DNA of 64,000 nt from Pachysolen tannophilus NRRL Y-2460 (Eukaryota): NCBI GenBank assembly GCA_001661245.1, contig KV454014.1:1259989-1323988 (forward strand), given 5' to 3'. Every line of letters begins with the position of its first letter. Within the stretch, counting starts at the first letter, position 1. The position numbers and the translations under genes are program-made. The notes beneath the pieces are model-generated. The model was not told the origin of the DNA, ran no database searches, and worked only from the letters and a program-made list of their open reading frames with translations. This document shows positions 22,304 to 33,629 of the stretch, piece after piece.

Positions 22304-24700
22304 ATGGACAATCAAGGATCATTCAGTAATAGCAATTTATCATCACCTAGTAGTACTAGTATGAGTAATAACGGGAATAGCATTATCAATAATACTAAAG
22401 TCAGCACGACACAGTCATTTGCTTCATCTAAGAAAGATCAGTTGAACCCATCTAATAGTGTTGGTAGTAACGGTAGCAATACCGGTAGTGGTAACTTTAG
22501 TGGTAATTTTAGTGGTGGTTTTAGCGGTAGCGGTAGTGGTAGTGGTAGTTCCGGTGGGTCTTTATCATTTAACCAGTCTTTGAAAAATAAGGGTAAAAAT
22601 TCTTCAAAAATGAGTACTCTGAAACTGTCTCGTAAAAGAGAAGCCAACTCTAGTAGTAAAAGAGGAAATAAGTTATCTAGAGATGAAGTTTTCGATTTGA
22701 ATCTAGATGATCATGTTATATCTAATGGCGGTAGCTCAAAGGGTAAAGGTAGAAAAGGTCAGATATCAATTAACCACTTGATGCAATTTTCATATAGTGA
22801 TGACCATTCCACAGAGCATAATATCGATGGTATTCATAAACGAAGACCAAATAATAAGAATTTTAAAAGGAAAAACTCATCAAACATTCATTTAACAGGA
22901 AAACATTATATAAACGTGAATTATAAATTTGTTGTTGATCATAGAGGTGATTTTAGACCACAATTACTTGATCCAAATTTACCCATAGATAATAACAATA
23001 TATTGAGAGTAATAATACCGAAAAATGATACTCAATGTCCAATATGTCTTTCTGAAAACATTATTGCACCTAGAATGGTTTCATGTGGTCATTGTTTTTG
23101 TCTTAGTTGTCTTTTGAGGTATCTAGATAGTGAAGATCCAATTCCCCCAAAATCTAATGAAATTAATCTGAAACAGAAAAAGAAAGAATGTCCTCTTTGT
23201 GCAAATAGAATTAAAAAAGATGAAATTTTACCTGTACTTATAAATCCTATAGATGAAAGGTTTGAAATTCCTAAAAGTGGTGAAGATGTCATCTTGCAAT
23301 TGATGTATCGTCCCATAAATAAAATCTTGACATTACCATATCAGTTGAAATTAAGAAATAAAAATTTATACGGTGGGAACATTCCATGGTTTAATTCAAA
23401 TTCCAGTAACACAATGAATAATCATAATAATAATGACTTAGAATTAACAGATGTTTCGGATTTATTCCAATATTCAAGAATAATGAAAGCAGGCTTGAAT
23501 TTTATTATTGAGAATTATGAGCGTGAAATAATCGATATCAAGAGACAATATGAAGAAGATAAACTGTTATTTGATGATGATGGCATATATGCACAAAAGG
23601 CAATAAAGCAAATTGAAGGCTTGATAGAGGATAGCAAAATATCATTTCTTAATGACTCCATAGATAGTGTTTCATTGGGAAGTAACGGTACAACTTTTAA
23701 TAGCACTAGTGATGAACTTGGCAAGTCAGATTATGAGCAACAAAAGACTTTAGAAGATCTTTCTATAATACAATCAGAACAACATGAATTTGATGATTCT
23801 AATACATATTTCTTTTACGAGACGTCATTCAATTCAAAAATCAAGTTTTTCACTTCTCAATTGGATAACAAAATATTGAAAACATTATATGGACAATATT
23901 CTCTTCTTCCTATATGTTTAAAAATGAGAATTGAAAATATCTTGTATGATTATATTGTTGACGAAGAATTGATTAAAAAATTTAAATTTTTAAGCTACTT
24001 ACCATTAGGTACAGAAATTGCATTTTTAGAATTAGATTGGTTTGAAAGAGACAATGGAGGCAAAACAGAATTTAAAAGGACAAAAAATGAAAGAAAATTA
24101 CTGTTACCACTTGAAATATCTAAAATTTTCGGTAAAGAATTAATTTCTAGATCTAATAAGACAAGATCAAAAAATTTTAAAGAAGAAAGTTTAAAGAAAA
24201 AATATGAAAAAGAATTAGAGATAAAAACTAGAAATTTCTTTGCTAATGAAAATAATAATGATTTGCATTATTATACTTCTATAAGTGATGGTTCTTCTTA
24301 TAACAATTATAACAGTTATAATAGTCTAATGGCTGATGATCATTACAATGAAGAAGTTGATTATGATGTTTTTTTGCCTCCTCTAACATCATCTGAAGCA
24401 GATCAAGATAAACACGATAAACAAGATATACATCAAGATGAAGTAGATAATGAACATGAACAAGAATATGAACGAGACAAAGAACAAAACACGACTTACG
24501 AAACCACAGTATGGGGTACCAAGATTGCCAAAATCAAAGACGATACCCAAGACTTGCAGAAAGACAATCATGATGATGGCATGGATCTCTATTTTGAAGA
24601 ATTACTAAGACAATCAAAGGAAAAAAAAGAATTAAAAAATAACAAGAAAAAGGGTAAAAAAAAATTAGTTTTATTAAGCAGCAATGGTAGATCAGCCTGA
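22304..24700 (+). CDS. MAG2: RING-finger E3 ligase Mag2 (RNF10 family)
   Basis: 'ISINHLMQF', 'YINVNYKFVV', C3HC4 RING (CPICL...CGHCFCLSC...CPLC), 'TTVWGT', C-terminal 'KKKKLVLLS'-like tail. Confidence 0.9.
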   Translation: MDNQGSFSNSNLSSPSSTSMSNNGNSIINNTKVSTTQSFASSKKDQLNPSNSVGSNGSNTGSGNFSGNFSGGFSGSGSGSGSSGGSLSFNQSLKNKGKNSSKMSTLKLSRKREANSSSKRGNKLSRDEVFDLNLDDHVISNGGSSKGKGRKGQISINHLMQFSYSDDHSTEHNIDGIHKRRPNNKNFKRKNSSNIHLTGKHYINVNYKFVVDHRGDFRPQLLDPNLPIDNNNILRVIIPKNDTQCPICLSENIIAPRMVSCGHCFCLSCLLRYLDSEDPIPPKSNEINLKQKKKECPLCANRIKKDEILPVLINPIDERFEIPKSGEDVILQLMYRPINKILTLPYQLKLRNKNLYGGNIPWFNSNSSNTMNNHNNNDLELTDVSDLFQYSRIMKAGLNFIIENYEREIIDIKRQYEEDKLLFDDDGIYAQKAIKQIEGLIEDSKISFLNDSIDSVSLGSNGTTFNSTSDELGKSDYEQQKTLEDLSIIQSEQHEFDDSNTYFFYETSFNSKIKFFTSQLDNKILKTLYGQYSLLPICLKMRIENILYDYIVDEELIKKFKFLSYLPLGTEIAFLELDWFERDNGGKTEFKRTKNERKLLLPLEISKIFGKELISRSNKTRSKNFKEESLKKKYEKELEIKTRNFFANENNNDLHYYTSISDGSSYNNYNSYNSLMADDHYNEEVDYDVFLPPLTSSEADQDKHDKQDIHQDEVDNEHEQEYERDKEQNTTYETTVWGTKIAKIKDDTQDLQKDNHDDGMDLYFEELLRQSKEKKELKNNKKKGKKKLVLLSSNGRSA

Positions 24701-25144
24701 TAAAAAATAAATTCATTCTTATATAGTTGATGCATTTTTTTGTATTTTATTTTACAATTCATTTGATTCCGATATCCATAAACTAGATAGAAGATGAGAA
24801 GCTACATCTAATCTCATCTCATCTCATCTCATCTTGTATTTATTTAATAGAATTGAAGACAGTAGTGGCTAATTATTAAATGCTCGACTTGGAACTGCAC
24901 GTAGTATTTTTTATTTCTATTGGTATAATAAGAATCACCCTCTAAGCCAAGGAACTGATCTCTATATAATTATCGATAATACCAATTTGAATCATTGATC
25001 TTTGGCGTCCTGCAAATAAGTCATTGAGTTGACGATCAAAAGGGAAGTGAAAGGAAAAGTAATGGTTATAAAAGAAATTATTTAAAAATTGAGCTTAAAA
25101 AGTTAAAAAGTGGGAAAAAAAAGGGATATTGAAATCTGGAGAAT

Positions 25145-27817
25145 ATGAATAATAGTGGTATTCATGATATTGGAGTTAATGACAAATCAAATAAACTCAT
25201 ATTGCCAACATTATATTCATTAGCAGATGAAGATTTGATTATTAGGCCGGCTAATAAAATAGCTGTTTCTGCGATTTTCCAAAATGAAGAATATTATCTT
25301 TACAAGATTGAAGGTATTTATATAAGCAGAAAGAAATTTAACCATTGGATCAATGTTTTTCAATTTAAAGAGTTTTTACCACGGTTATCATCGCTAAGTT
25401 TAGATAAAGATTTGTCATTGATTAAAGATAAGAGAGATATTGTTGGGCTTGCCAATAATTCTAATTCTAAGCTTTTTGAAGGTACTTATGTATCGTTAAC
25501 TGCCGCAAGGACATTAGCTAAGAAATATCATTTATATACAAGATTGGCGCCGGTATTGAATTGGGACACTGTTGCAAAAGTGAAATATAACGGAGATGAG
25601 TTTTACGAGATGTTTGTGAATATTAACAAATTTAGACATATTAGGATTTTAAGAAGTTGTGAATTGAATAAAATTAAAAAATCGGATATTTATAGATTGG
25701 CTTTTTTTAATCATTATTATCGGAAAAATCAAAATGATGAAAAATCGAATTATAGTAATGAGGAGCTTGTAGAAATAGAAAAAAATTCAGAGATTTTACT
25801 ACATAAGCTGCTCACTTTTGGGAATTGGGATGATTTGAAAGAAGTTGAAGTGTTTGCCGAACGTTTACATGTTCTCAAATATGTTTCTGCAATATTAGAC
25901 AGTAACTTAAGTGTATCAAGATGTTGGAATAACACATCTCATATTGATAAACTGGGCAGTTTCTTTGATTTGGTTTCTGAAACCCAGTTAAGAGAGAATT
26001 TTCAACTACTATCATTTGGATATTGTGACTACTACAGTTTACCATATAGCTTCCGGATCGAACACATTAACCCTAATCCAGGTAAAAAATATGTATTGCT
26101 AAAAGATGTTATTTCAGAATTTAAGGTTTCTCCTTTCCCTTCTTGTGCAAGTAAAAAAGTACGGCAAAAACAAATCAAAGTAATCAGAAGAAATTCGGAT
26201 GATTTCATTTTAGCTGATACATTTATAGAGTATCTAACAGCTATGAAATTATATGAGAAATGTTATAAAATATCTCAAAATAGAGATAAACCGTATAATG
26301 AGGAGCAACAAGAAAAATTGATGCATTTCTCAATTTTGAATATATTAAAACTAAGAGATTATATTCAGCTACTAGATGGACTAGAATACTGTTTGACAGA
26401 AATTTATCCGCAAATTCATGGATATTGGATTCCTTTAGATGAAGCTAGAAAGATGTTCGAAAAAATGGATTACAACGCCGATATAGTAACGACTGAAGAA
26501 CTGTTTGATAAATTTTTAAAACTAGGAAAATTTTCCAATTCAAAAGAAATATCATTGAACGTCGACATTGTATCACCACCTTTGCAAAACTCTAATGATA
26601 AGAAGAAGGGCACAGTTCTATCAAGGGATTTAAAAGATGTTGAGACCAGTAAAGTGAATGGGATTGGTGCCAGCATAATACTGCTAAACCCAATAACACT
26701 TGTAGAGAGACATGAATGGTCGAAAGATGAATTGATTGTATTATTTGAGTCAATTGAAAAATATGGTTTAAATTATGAAAAGATATCTGACATTTTTAAA
26801 TCGAACAATCATAGAAGGTCACCGTCTGCACTTCGTTCATTTATAGAATCTCCTGATAATGAATCATTTCCGGAATTGAAAATGCTTTTCGGGAATGCCA
26901 ACTCAACATATAACTCAAAAGATTGGTTTGCATCTGTTAAGAAATTGATTTCTTCTTTGTTTAAAATTGACTCAGAAACAGGGGATGAAAGCAATCGCAT
27001 GAATTATTCCAGAAGGGCATCATTGCAAGAAATTAAGAAGCAGGCACTCACACTTCGATCAAATTCTAGTAATAGATCATTATTTCCCCATTGGCTGGAA
27101 ACTGCTGCCTCAGCTGATGAAAATTGCAATTCCAAGAGCGAACGTAAAACTAGTGGTTTCAAAAGATCAACGTCGTTGAAGCGTAGTGATCACTTTTGGG
27201 TCACAATAGACCTAAAAAAAACATCCTTTAAATTTAACGGTACTAATAATGACAATAGCAATCTTTTGGTTCAGGACGCCCAAGAAATATCTGACAAGTT
27301 GGTAATTTCAGAAACTCAGCTGCAACTGCCTACACAATCGTCTATTTCCATTGATTCGATTGAAAATTTGGCAGCGGTGTTGAAGAAAGCTTCAGCTGAA
27401 AATTTGACTACCCTTAAGAATTTTGAAGAAATGTGCGAAAGAATTTATTTGAATTGCGCGGATGATAAAGTTAAACAAGTAATGGAAGACGAGGTATTCA
27501 AATTTTGGAGACCAGTCTTTAAAAAAATTAAATACCAGCTGGATTCTGGATTTTCTAATAAAAACAAACAAGAACTCAAAGAAAATAAAAAGCTAAAAAA
27601 GAAGCAGAAACATAAAGAGAAAAAAAGAAAAAAACAGAAAAACAAGAGTTTGTATAAGAGACTAAAGTTGAATGACATTGGGAATACTCAAAAAATTGTC
27701 ATTGAACTCATAAGTAAATCTAACGATACAAGTTTTGAAGTTATGAATATTTCTGAGAGACTTGATGGGAACTCTAGTAAAAGTAATGGTGACTCCGATT
27801 ATAACTCTACTAACTAG
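25145..27817 (+). CDS. Putative DNA-binding protein with two degenerate KilA-N/APSES-like motifs and a Myb/SANT-like repeat
   Basis: 890-aa ORF. 'FEGTYVSLTAARTLAKKY' and 'IHGYWIPLDEARKM' match the APSES C-terminal signature. 'WSKDELIVLFESIEKYGLNYEKIS...RSPSALR' is Myb-like. Lys-rich NLS near the C-terminus. Confidence 0.6.
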   Translation: MNNSGIHDIGVNDKSNKLILPTLYSLADEDLIIRPANKIAVSAIFQNEEYYLYKIEGIYISRKKFNHWINVFQFKEFLPRLSSLSLDKDLSLIKDKRDIVGLANNSNSKLFEGTYVSLTAARTLAKKYHLYTRLAPVLNWDTVAKVKYNGDEFYEMFVNINKFRHIRILRSCELNKIKKSDIYRLAFFNHYYRKNQNDEKSNYSNEELVEIEKNSEILLHKLLTFGNWDDLKEVEVFAERLHVLKYVSAILDSNLSVSRCWNNTSHIDKLGSFFDLVSETQLRENFQLLSFGYCDYYSLPYSFRIEHINPNPGKKYVLLKDVISEFKVSPFPSCASKKVRQKQIKVIRRNSDDFILADTFIEYLTAMKLYEKCYKISQNRDKPYNEEQQEKLMHFSILNILKLRDYIQLLDGLEYCLTEIYPQIHGYWIPLDEARKMFEKMDYNADIVTTEELFDKFLKLGKFSNSKEISLNVDIVSPPLQNSNDKKKGTVLSRDLKDVETSKVNGIGASIILLNPITLVERHEWSKDELIVLFESIEKYGLNYEKISDIFKSNNHRRSPSALRSFIESPDNESFPELKMLFGNANSTYNSKDWFASVKKLISSLFKIDSETGDESNRMNYSRRASLQEIKKQALTLRSNSSNRSLFPHWLETAASADENCNSKSERKTSGFKRSTSLKRSDHFWVTIDLKKTSFKFNGTNNDNSNLLVQDAQEISDKLVISETQLQLPTQSSISIDSIENLAAVLKKASAENLTTLKNFEEMCERIYLNCADDKVKQVMEDEVFKFWRPVFKKIKYQLDSGFSNKNKQELKENKKLKKKQKHKEKKRKKQKNKSLYKRLKLNDIGNTQKIVIELISKSNDTSFEVMNISERLDGNSSKSNGDSDYNSTN

Positions 27818-27982
27818 AATTGACACCATTTGTAGATGTATCATGTACGGTTAGTGACTTAAATCTATAAATTAAAAATATTTTTTTCTTGTAGCATTAA
27901 TATATTATATTACAGATTCAAAATATAAAAATAAAAATGAAATAGAAATTATACAACGAAACCAAACCAAACCAAATCAATT

Positions 27983-29626
27983 CTATTTTCTCTTTTTACT
28001 ATTTTCAACATCGTTAATCTTTGAATTATAAGATTGCAGTGGATGGAAATTTTTTTGCACATTTTTAATTTCATCTGACGAGTATCCTGGAACTCTTATA
28101 TTCCAATTTCTTTCCAAATGTAATTGAACATCTTTAAGGTTCATTTTTTCAACTTTTCTATGTTTAGCTAATCTACAAGAAAAACTAGTTACATTGGTAA
28201 CAAATTCATCACATAAATCCAATAATAACTCTTCAACATTTTCATCAATAGCAGTGTTGCCATCTCCTTCATCGCTGCCAATATTTCTAACTAACTCCTT
28301 CAATTTACGTTTATGCAATACTCGGTCACCTTCCATTTCAAATGGTAGTACAATAGGTGGTTGCAGTGGTGGCAGTGGTAATGAAGGTTTGTGTACATTC
28401 ATACCGGAATTTGAAACAGTAGTCATTTTCATTGGACTTGGTTGTGTTTGCTGCATAGCATTGAAAACTGGGTTTTGAATTTTAGGGTAAGATGAGGAAG
28501 TTGAAGAGGATGAAGTTTTCATAGCAACTGAATTATTGTTAGTACTAGCTTGAGATGAAGAAGACTGTAGTTGTTTATTGATGGAAGTAGCTGGTGATGA
28601 TACTACTGGCGAAGCTTGAAAAAGTTGTTGTTGGGACTTTGTGGAATCTGCCTTGTATATTTGAGCTTTCGGTTGATTTGTAGACGCTTGAACCTGTTTC
28701 TGTTGAGGTTGTTGTTGTTGTTGTTGTTGTTGTTGTTGCTGCTGCAGTTGTTGTTGTTGTTGCAATTGTTGTTGTTGTTGCTGCTGCAGTTGTTGTTGTT
28801 GTTGTTGCAATTGTTGCAGTTGTTGTTGTTGTTGTTGTTGTTGTTGTAAATTGTTTACTGAATTTTGCCTCTGAATTGTTGAAGCCAGTTTAAGGTCGTT
28901 ATTATTTATAACATTCTGTTGTAAAGGAGAAGGTTGACGCAAAATTCCAGAATTATTCGTACTTTGTGATTTCAATTGTTGACTCATTTGATACAATTTC
29001 TTGGCGTAATAATCGTACCTTGATTTTAGCAGTTGTTCTTGAGTAATAATATTTTCCAATTGCTCTGGAGTCATTGGCGATTTTTTTGTTTCTGCGAGCA
29101 TATTCATTTTTGATTTAAAATCATCCAAAATCTGTCTAAGTTTTTGAAACAGATCTATTGAAATTTCCTGAGATTCCATCTGTGGTGATAACGATCCAAC
29201 CGGTGATGCTGTTTTAAAATTTGAAGAATCACTATTGTTACCACTACTATTGGAAGTAGTGTTGTTGGTTGTAGCAATTGGTGATGGCGTACTTATAGGT
29301 GACCCTACATTGTTACCTTGCTGCTTCAACTTCAACTGCTGTTGCTGATAATGCAATAGCACCTGCTTAATCCTATTGGCCTGCTTTAAATGCTCCTTTC
29401 CTCTATCTGATTCAGGACCAACTTCTTTTGCCCTTTGCATCTCATTCTTATAATTCTGAGTCAACTTCTGTAACTGAGCAGGTTGAAGAATAAAAGGTTT
29501 AGTAGCAATTTTTGTTTGATTCGTCTGATTCGTTTGATTAACCTGATTAACCTGATTCGTCTGATTCGTTTGATTCGTTTGATTAGGCTGATTAGACTGA
29601 TTCGCCTGGGATTCTGGTTGACTCAT
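27983..29626 (-). CDS. TAF12: TFIID/SAGA subunit Taf12
   Basis: Histone fold 'RVLHKRKLKELV...IDENVEELLLDLCDEFV...SCRLAKHRK...DVQLHLERNWNIRVPGY' and Gln-rich N-terminus. ATG at 29626. Confidence 0.95.
   Translation of the reverse strand: MSQPESQANQSNQPNQTNQTNQTNQVNQVNQTNQTNQTKIATKPFILQPAQLQKLTQNYKNEMQRAKEVGPESDRGKEHLKQANRIKQVLLHYQQQQLKLKQQGNNVGSPISTPSPIATTNNTTSNSSGNNSDSSNFKTASPVGSLSPQMESQEISIDLFQKLRQILDDFKSKMNMLAETKKSPMTPEQLENIITQEQLLKSRYDYYAKKLYQMSQQLKSQSTNNSGILRQPSPLQQNVINNNDLKLASTIQRQNSVNNLQQQQQQQQQLQQLQQQQQQLQQQQQQQLQQQQQLQQQQQQQQQQQQPQQKQVQASTNQPKAQIYKADSTKSQQQLFQASPVVSSPATSINKQLQSSSSQASTNNNSVAMKTSSSSTSSSYPKIQNPVFNAMQQTQPSPMKMTTVSNSGMNVHKPSLPLPPLQPPIVLPFEMEGDRVLHKRKLKELVRNIGSDEGDGNTAIDENVEELLLDLCDEFVTNVTSFSCRLAKHRKVEKMNLKDVQLHLERNWNIRVPGYSSDEIKNVQKNFHPLQSYNSKINDVENSKKRK
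29517..29604 (-). repeat. 9-bp coding minisatellite (NQT/NQV/NQS tripeptide) in TAF12
   Basis: About 10 copies of AATCAAACG/AATCAGACG/AATCAGGTT-type units. Confidence 0.8.
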
Positions 29627-29833
29627 GATTGATAAACCTTTTAATTGCAAAATTATAATTTCAATATTATAAATATGATGATTATATTTATAATATTATT
29701 GTTGATTAATTTTGGTTATAAAAAAAAAATTTGTCGTGTAGTAGTAATATTCAATTAAATTCAAATTTAAATTGATAATTTGATATTGGAAAAGGATTAA
29801 ACGAGAGCATTGAAAGAAGGTAGAAGAAGAGAG

Positions 29834-31498
29834 ATGTCATTTGAGATCAATTGGGAGAAGATAGTGTTGGATGATGGTGTTAATTTTCAGTTGAAGGAAT
29901 TTTTCAATAAGCAATTAGCACAGTTGAGTTCATCTTTACCTTCATATATTGATAATTTAGAAGTTATAAAATTTTCATTGGGAGATATTCCACCGGATAT
30001 TACTATAAAGCATATTGGAGATCCTTTTCTGGAGTTTTATAAGGAGCAAAGAGATGAGGAAGAGAGTAAAAATAGAGGTTTGAATCAAGGTAAAAATGGT
30101 AAAGTAAATGGTGTTGATTTAGATGAAAGTGGAGATACTTTAAAGATTAAAAGTCATAAATATCGTTCAAATGTATTACCTCTGGTACCTATTTCAGATT
30201 CAGTTTCTCCAGAGTCTTTGAATTTGAATAGTTATGGTGGTAAATTGAAAGAAAAAGATTTGAAAAAATCACCATCATTTTCAATGGATTCATCAGAATT
30301 TTCTACAACGAGTTCAGTTTCTAGAACAAGGTCGTCATCACCATCATCATCACTGTCATTGTCGCTGTCACTGTCACTGTCACCTCTGATGGGTATAATT
30401 CCTAGTAGGGCTTTAACTTCTACACCAGTAGTTTCTAAACCACATTCGCCATTAATTTCTTCATCAAATTCCTCATTACCACAACTGCAGCAACAGGATC
30501 CAATAGTTTTATCTAGATCAGGTTCAAATACTTTTAATTTACATCTTAATAGCAGCATCATGTCAAATAACCTTGGGATAGGTCATTTCAATTATAATTC
30601 AAATGATAGTAGACCTTCATCTCCAATCCCACAATTTACTTCATTTGGACTTTCTCCACAAACTAGTAGAAGTCCCGTTTATTCAGGTGGAACACCTCCT
30701 CCTGGACCCAGTGGATTAAGAAATTGTACTACTGCAGATGAAAAAAATAATAAAAATAATAAATCTAGTATTGAATTAGATAATGAACAAGATACCAAAA
30801 AAGATTTAAAAAATGAAAATGATATTCAATTTATAGTGGAAATCAATTTTAAAAGTGACTTGTACATAGAATTGAAAACAAATTTATTGTTGAATTATCC
30901 TTCAGTTAATTTTATGTCCCTTCCTATAAAGTTGAAACTTACAGAATTAGTTATTCATTCTTTAGCATCAATTACTTATATTGATAAGAAAATATTTCTT
31001 AGCTTTCTATGTGATATCGATGATGACGAGACCAATGCAAACTCAGATGAAGATCATCAGCATCAACAACAACAACAACAAAATCTTCTTTACAACTTGA
31101 ATAATGGTGGGAACTCACCATCTACAAACTACGCCGCAGCACCATATTCAAATGGAACAACACTGAATAATAATAATAATAATAACAACAACAACAACAA
31201 CAACAACAATAGAATAGATATCATAAAGAAACTAAACATAGAAAGTGAGTTGGGTAGCATTTCAAACGAAAATAATAGTAATATAGATTTCGATAAAGAA
31301 GGCTCAATCTTAAGAAATATAGGTAAAATTGAAAAATTTTTAACTGGTATGATTAAAGATTTTATTATAGCTGAGCTAGCATGGCCAAGTTGGATTGAAT
31401 TCGATTTGGCTGAAGATGAAGAAGAAGATCAAGAACAAGAACATCTTGAAACCACAGAGCTGACAACTGCTAATACACCAGGACAGAAAAAGATTTAA
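29834..31498 (+). CDS. MDM12: ERMES subunit Mdm12 (SMP domain)
   Basis: MSFEINWE...LPSYI...HIGDPFLEFY; 'LLLNYPSVNFMSLPIKL'; 'ELAWPSWIEF'. Confidence 0.95.
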   Translation: MSFEINWEKIVLDDGVNFQLKEFFNKQLAQLSSSLPSYIDNLEVIKFSLGDIPPDITIKHIGDPFLEFYKEQRDEEESKNRGLNQGKNGKVNGVDLDESGDTLKIKSHKYRSNVLPLVPISDSVSPESLNLNSYGGKLKEKDLKKSPSFSMDSSEFSTTSSVSRTRSSSPSSSLSLSLSLSLSPLMGIIPSRALTSTPVVSKPHSPLISSSNSSLPQLQQQDPIVLSRSGSNTFNLHLNSSIMSNNLGIGHFNYNSNDSRPSSPIPQFTSFGLSPQTSRSPVYSGGTPPPGPSGLRNCTTADEKNNKNNKSSIELDNEQDTKKDLKNENDIQFIVEINFKSDLYIELKTNLLLNYPSVNFMSLPIKLKLTELVIHSLASITYIDKKIFLSFLCDIDDDETNANSDEDHQHQQQQQQNLLYNLNNGGNSPSTNYAAAPYSNGTTLNNNNNNNNNNNNNNNRIDIIKKLNIESELGSISNENNSNIDFDKEGSILRNIGKIEKFLTGMIKDFIIAELAWPSWIEFDLAEDEEEDQEQEHLETTELTTANTPGQKKI

Positions 31499-31850
31499 GT
31501 TTTACGTATTTTTGTAAATTGGTATAATTCAAAAATTGGTGAAATTTCTAATTTGCATATGAAATTTCACACCAAATTTTTTTTTTTTTTTTTAGTATAG
31601 TAAAGAAGTAATTACAATTTTTTAAAATTATTTTTATTAATTAATTAATTAATTTATTTATTAATATTATTATTAATCATATGTGAATTTGGTCTTGTTC
31701 TCTTTTGATTGGAGTTTAGTGGTAGAGAGATAGATAGAGAGAAAGAGTTAAATATAAAGTTATATATTAGAGTAACAAATATTAGAGATACTTGGGGGTA
31801 GAATTTGTTTTAATAGTTTTTGTATATTTATAATTTTTTAAAAATTAAAA

Positions 31851-33143
31851 ATGGCTTGGAGACGAGTAAGCATAAATTTGATTTTATTGATGGGGGTTGC
31901 ATCATTATTTTTATTGATGTATTCACAAAATCCTCAAACCATGCGTGATATGATGCTGAAATCTGCTGAGGCAGCTACTGGGAAAAAAAGTGAATCTTCA
32001 TCAACTGATAAAGCTAGTGGTGATGGTAAAGAAGTTTTAGTTAATACTAATCCTGAAACTATATATAAGACTGTGACTCTGGAGGTAACAGTGGAAGCAA
32101 CAAAGACTATAACGGAACAAATTACACAATCGGCTAATATTGTTGTATCAGAACCAATATCAACACTGTTTTCAGTAACACATTTTAAATCCAAAAAATA
32201 TAATTTTGAAAAATATATTATATCTAAATCAAGAAATTTAGATTCTCAAGAACCTTCTGTATTAATTGTTTCAGCAATTGCTGGTAATTCTGCATTTGGA
32301 GGTCCTAGAAAATTTGAAGATTTTATGAAAATGTTTTCAAAATTATCTCATAATAAAAATGATATTTCATTAGGATTTTTATTTAAAAGTAAAGATGAAT
32401 TAACAAGTGTTATGAATTTTCTTTTAGAATATGAAAATTCATCACCAATTTTGGAACAATATTATAGAATTACATTAATTTATGCACCTTTTATAGAAGA
32501 TACTTTTACTGCAAGTAGAGGAGATAGGCATAATGATAATATTCAAAAATTAAGAAGAAGAGTTTTATCAAGAACAAGAAATTTCTTAATTAATCATTCA
32601 CTGGCAAATGAAGATTATATACTTTCATTTGATTCTGATGTTATTGATGTTCCAAGTCAAATGTTGGATGTTTTCATTTCATCTGATAAAGATATAATTG
32701 TTCCAAGGGTTAGAATGGGTGATAACCAAGATTATGATCTTAATACATGGGCAGGACCAAGAGTTAAACCAAATGCAGCAGAATTTGAAAAATTAAATGC
32801 AAATAAAAATGATGAAAATGATTTTGTTTTCATTCCAAATAGAGTTCCTGGTAAGACAAGATTCTTGTCTGATATGATTGATAAAAAGATACTGGATAAT
32901 AGCGAAGAAGCAGGTCATTATGCAGTTGAAGTAAACTCAGTTGGTGGTGCTGTCTTATTTTTCAAAACTGAAATTTTTAGACAAGGTGTAATCTTCCCAC
33001 CTTTCTATGTTATTGGTGCTGAGTGGGAAAGAGTTGAAGGCTATGATGGTATTGAAACTGAAGGAATTTGCTACCAAGCAAAAGTTCTTGGTTATTCATG
33101 TTTTGCCTTCCCAAACATTGTTGCTTCCCACTACGTCGAGTAA
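31851..33143 (+). CDS. Anp1/Van1/Mnn9-family (GT62-like) type II Golgi mannosyltransferase
   Basis: N-terminal TM anchor, 'DRHNDNIQKLRRRVLSRTRNFL', DSD motif, 'YDLNTW', 'SVGGAVLF', 'IETEGIC'. Confidence 0.85.
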   Translation: MAWRRVSINLILLMGVASLFLLMYSQNPQTMRDMMLKSAEAATGKKSESSSTDKASGDGKEVLVNTNPETIYKTVTLEVTVEATKTITEQITQSANIVVSEPISTLFSVTHFKSKKYNFEKYIISKSRNLDSQEPSVLIVSAIAGNSAFGGPRKFEDFMKMFSKLSHNKNDISLGFLFKSKDELTSVMNFLLEYENSSPILEQYYRITLIYAPFIEDTFTASRGDRHNDNIQKLRRRVLSRTRNFLINHSLANEDYILSFDSDVIDVPSQMLDVFISSDKDIIVPRVRMGDNQDYDLNTWAGPRVKPNAAEFEKLNANKNDENDFVFIPNRVPGKTRFLSDMIDKKILDNSEEAGHYAVEVNSVGGAVLFFKTEIFRQGVIFPPFYVIGAEWERVEGYDGIETEGICYQAKVLGYSCFAFPNIVASHYVE

Positions 33144-33484
33144 TCATCCATTACTCATTACTCATTATTCCACTTTTATTCTATCAACCAACATTCTCGC
33201 CTACTTTTGTTTTCTAATTCTTTTTCTATTTTCCCTTTTTTTTTCTTTTGTCTTTTTGTCTTTTTGTCTTTTTGTCTTTTTTTGTTTTTATTTATTCATT
33301 TGTTCATTATAGTTGCTGCCATCGGCATTATCATCGGCATTGCCATCGTTGTTGTCTTTTCTCATCATCGTTGTCGTTGTCGTTGTCGTATAGTAAATTG
33401 TGAATCTGACATTTTATTAGAAAGAATTAAAAGTAGTGTTTCCAAAGCTCAAATTCTAAAAAGGGAAATGATAAAAAAATTAAA

Positions 33485-33494
33485 AAAATTTTCA
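33485..33494 (-). promoter_or_regulatory. RRPE element upstream of EBP2
   Basis: AAAATTTTCA (reverse complement TGAAAATTTT) about 140 bp upstream of a ribosome-biogenesis gene. Confidence 0.5.
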
Positions 33495-33629
33495 TTTTTT
33501 AAAAGAAAAAAAAAAAAAGAACTGAAAATTATTCAGTTATCTTATTATACAATATTAATTAACAAACTAAGAGAAAATTGTATTTTTAGGGTTCTTTCTT
33601 TTTGGTACAGATAGATAGATCTTTTGAAG

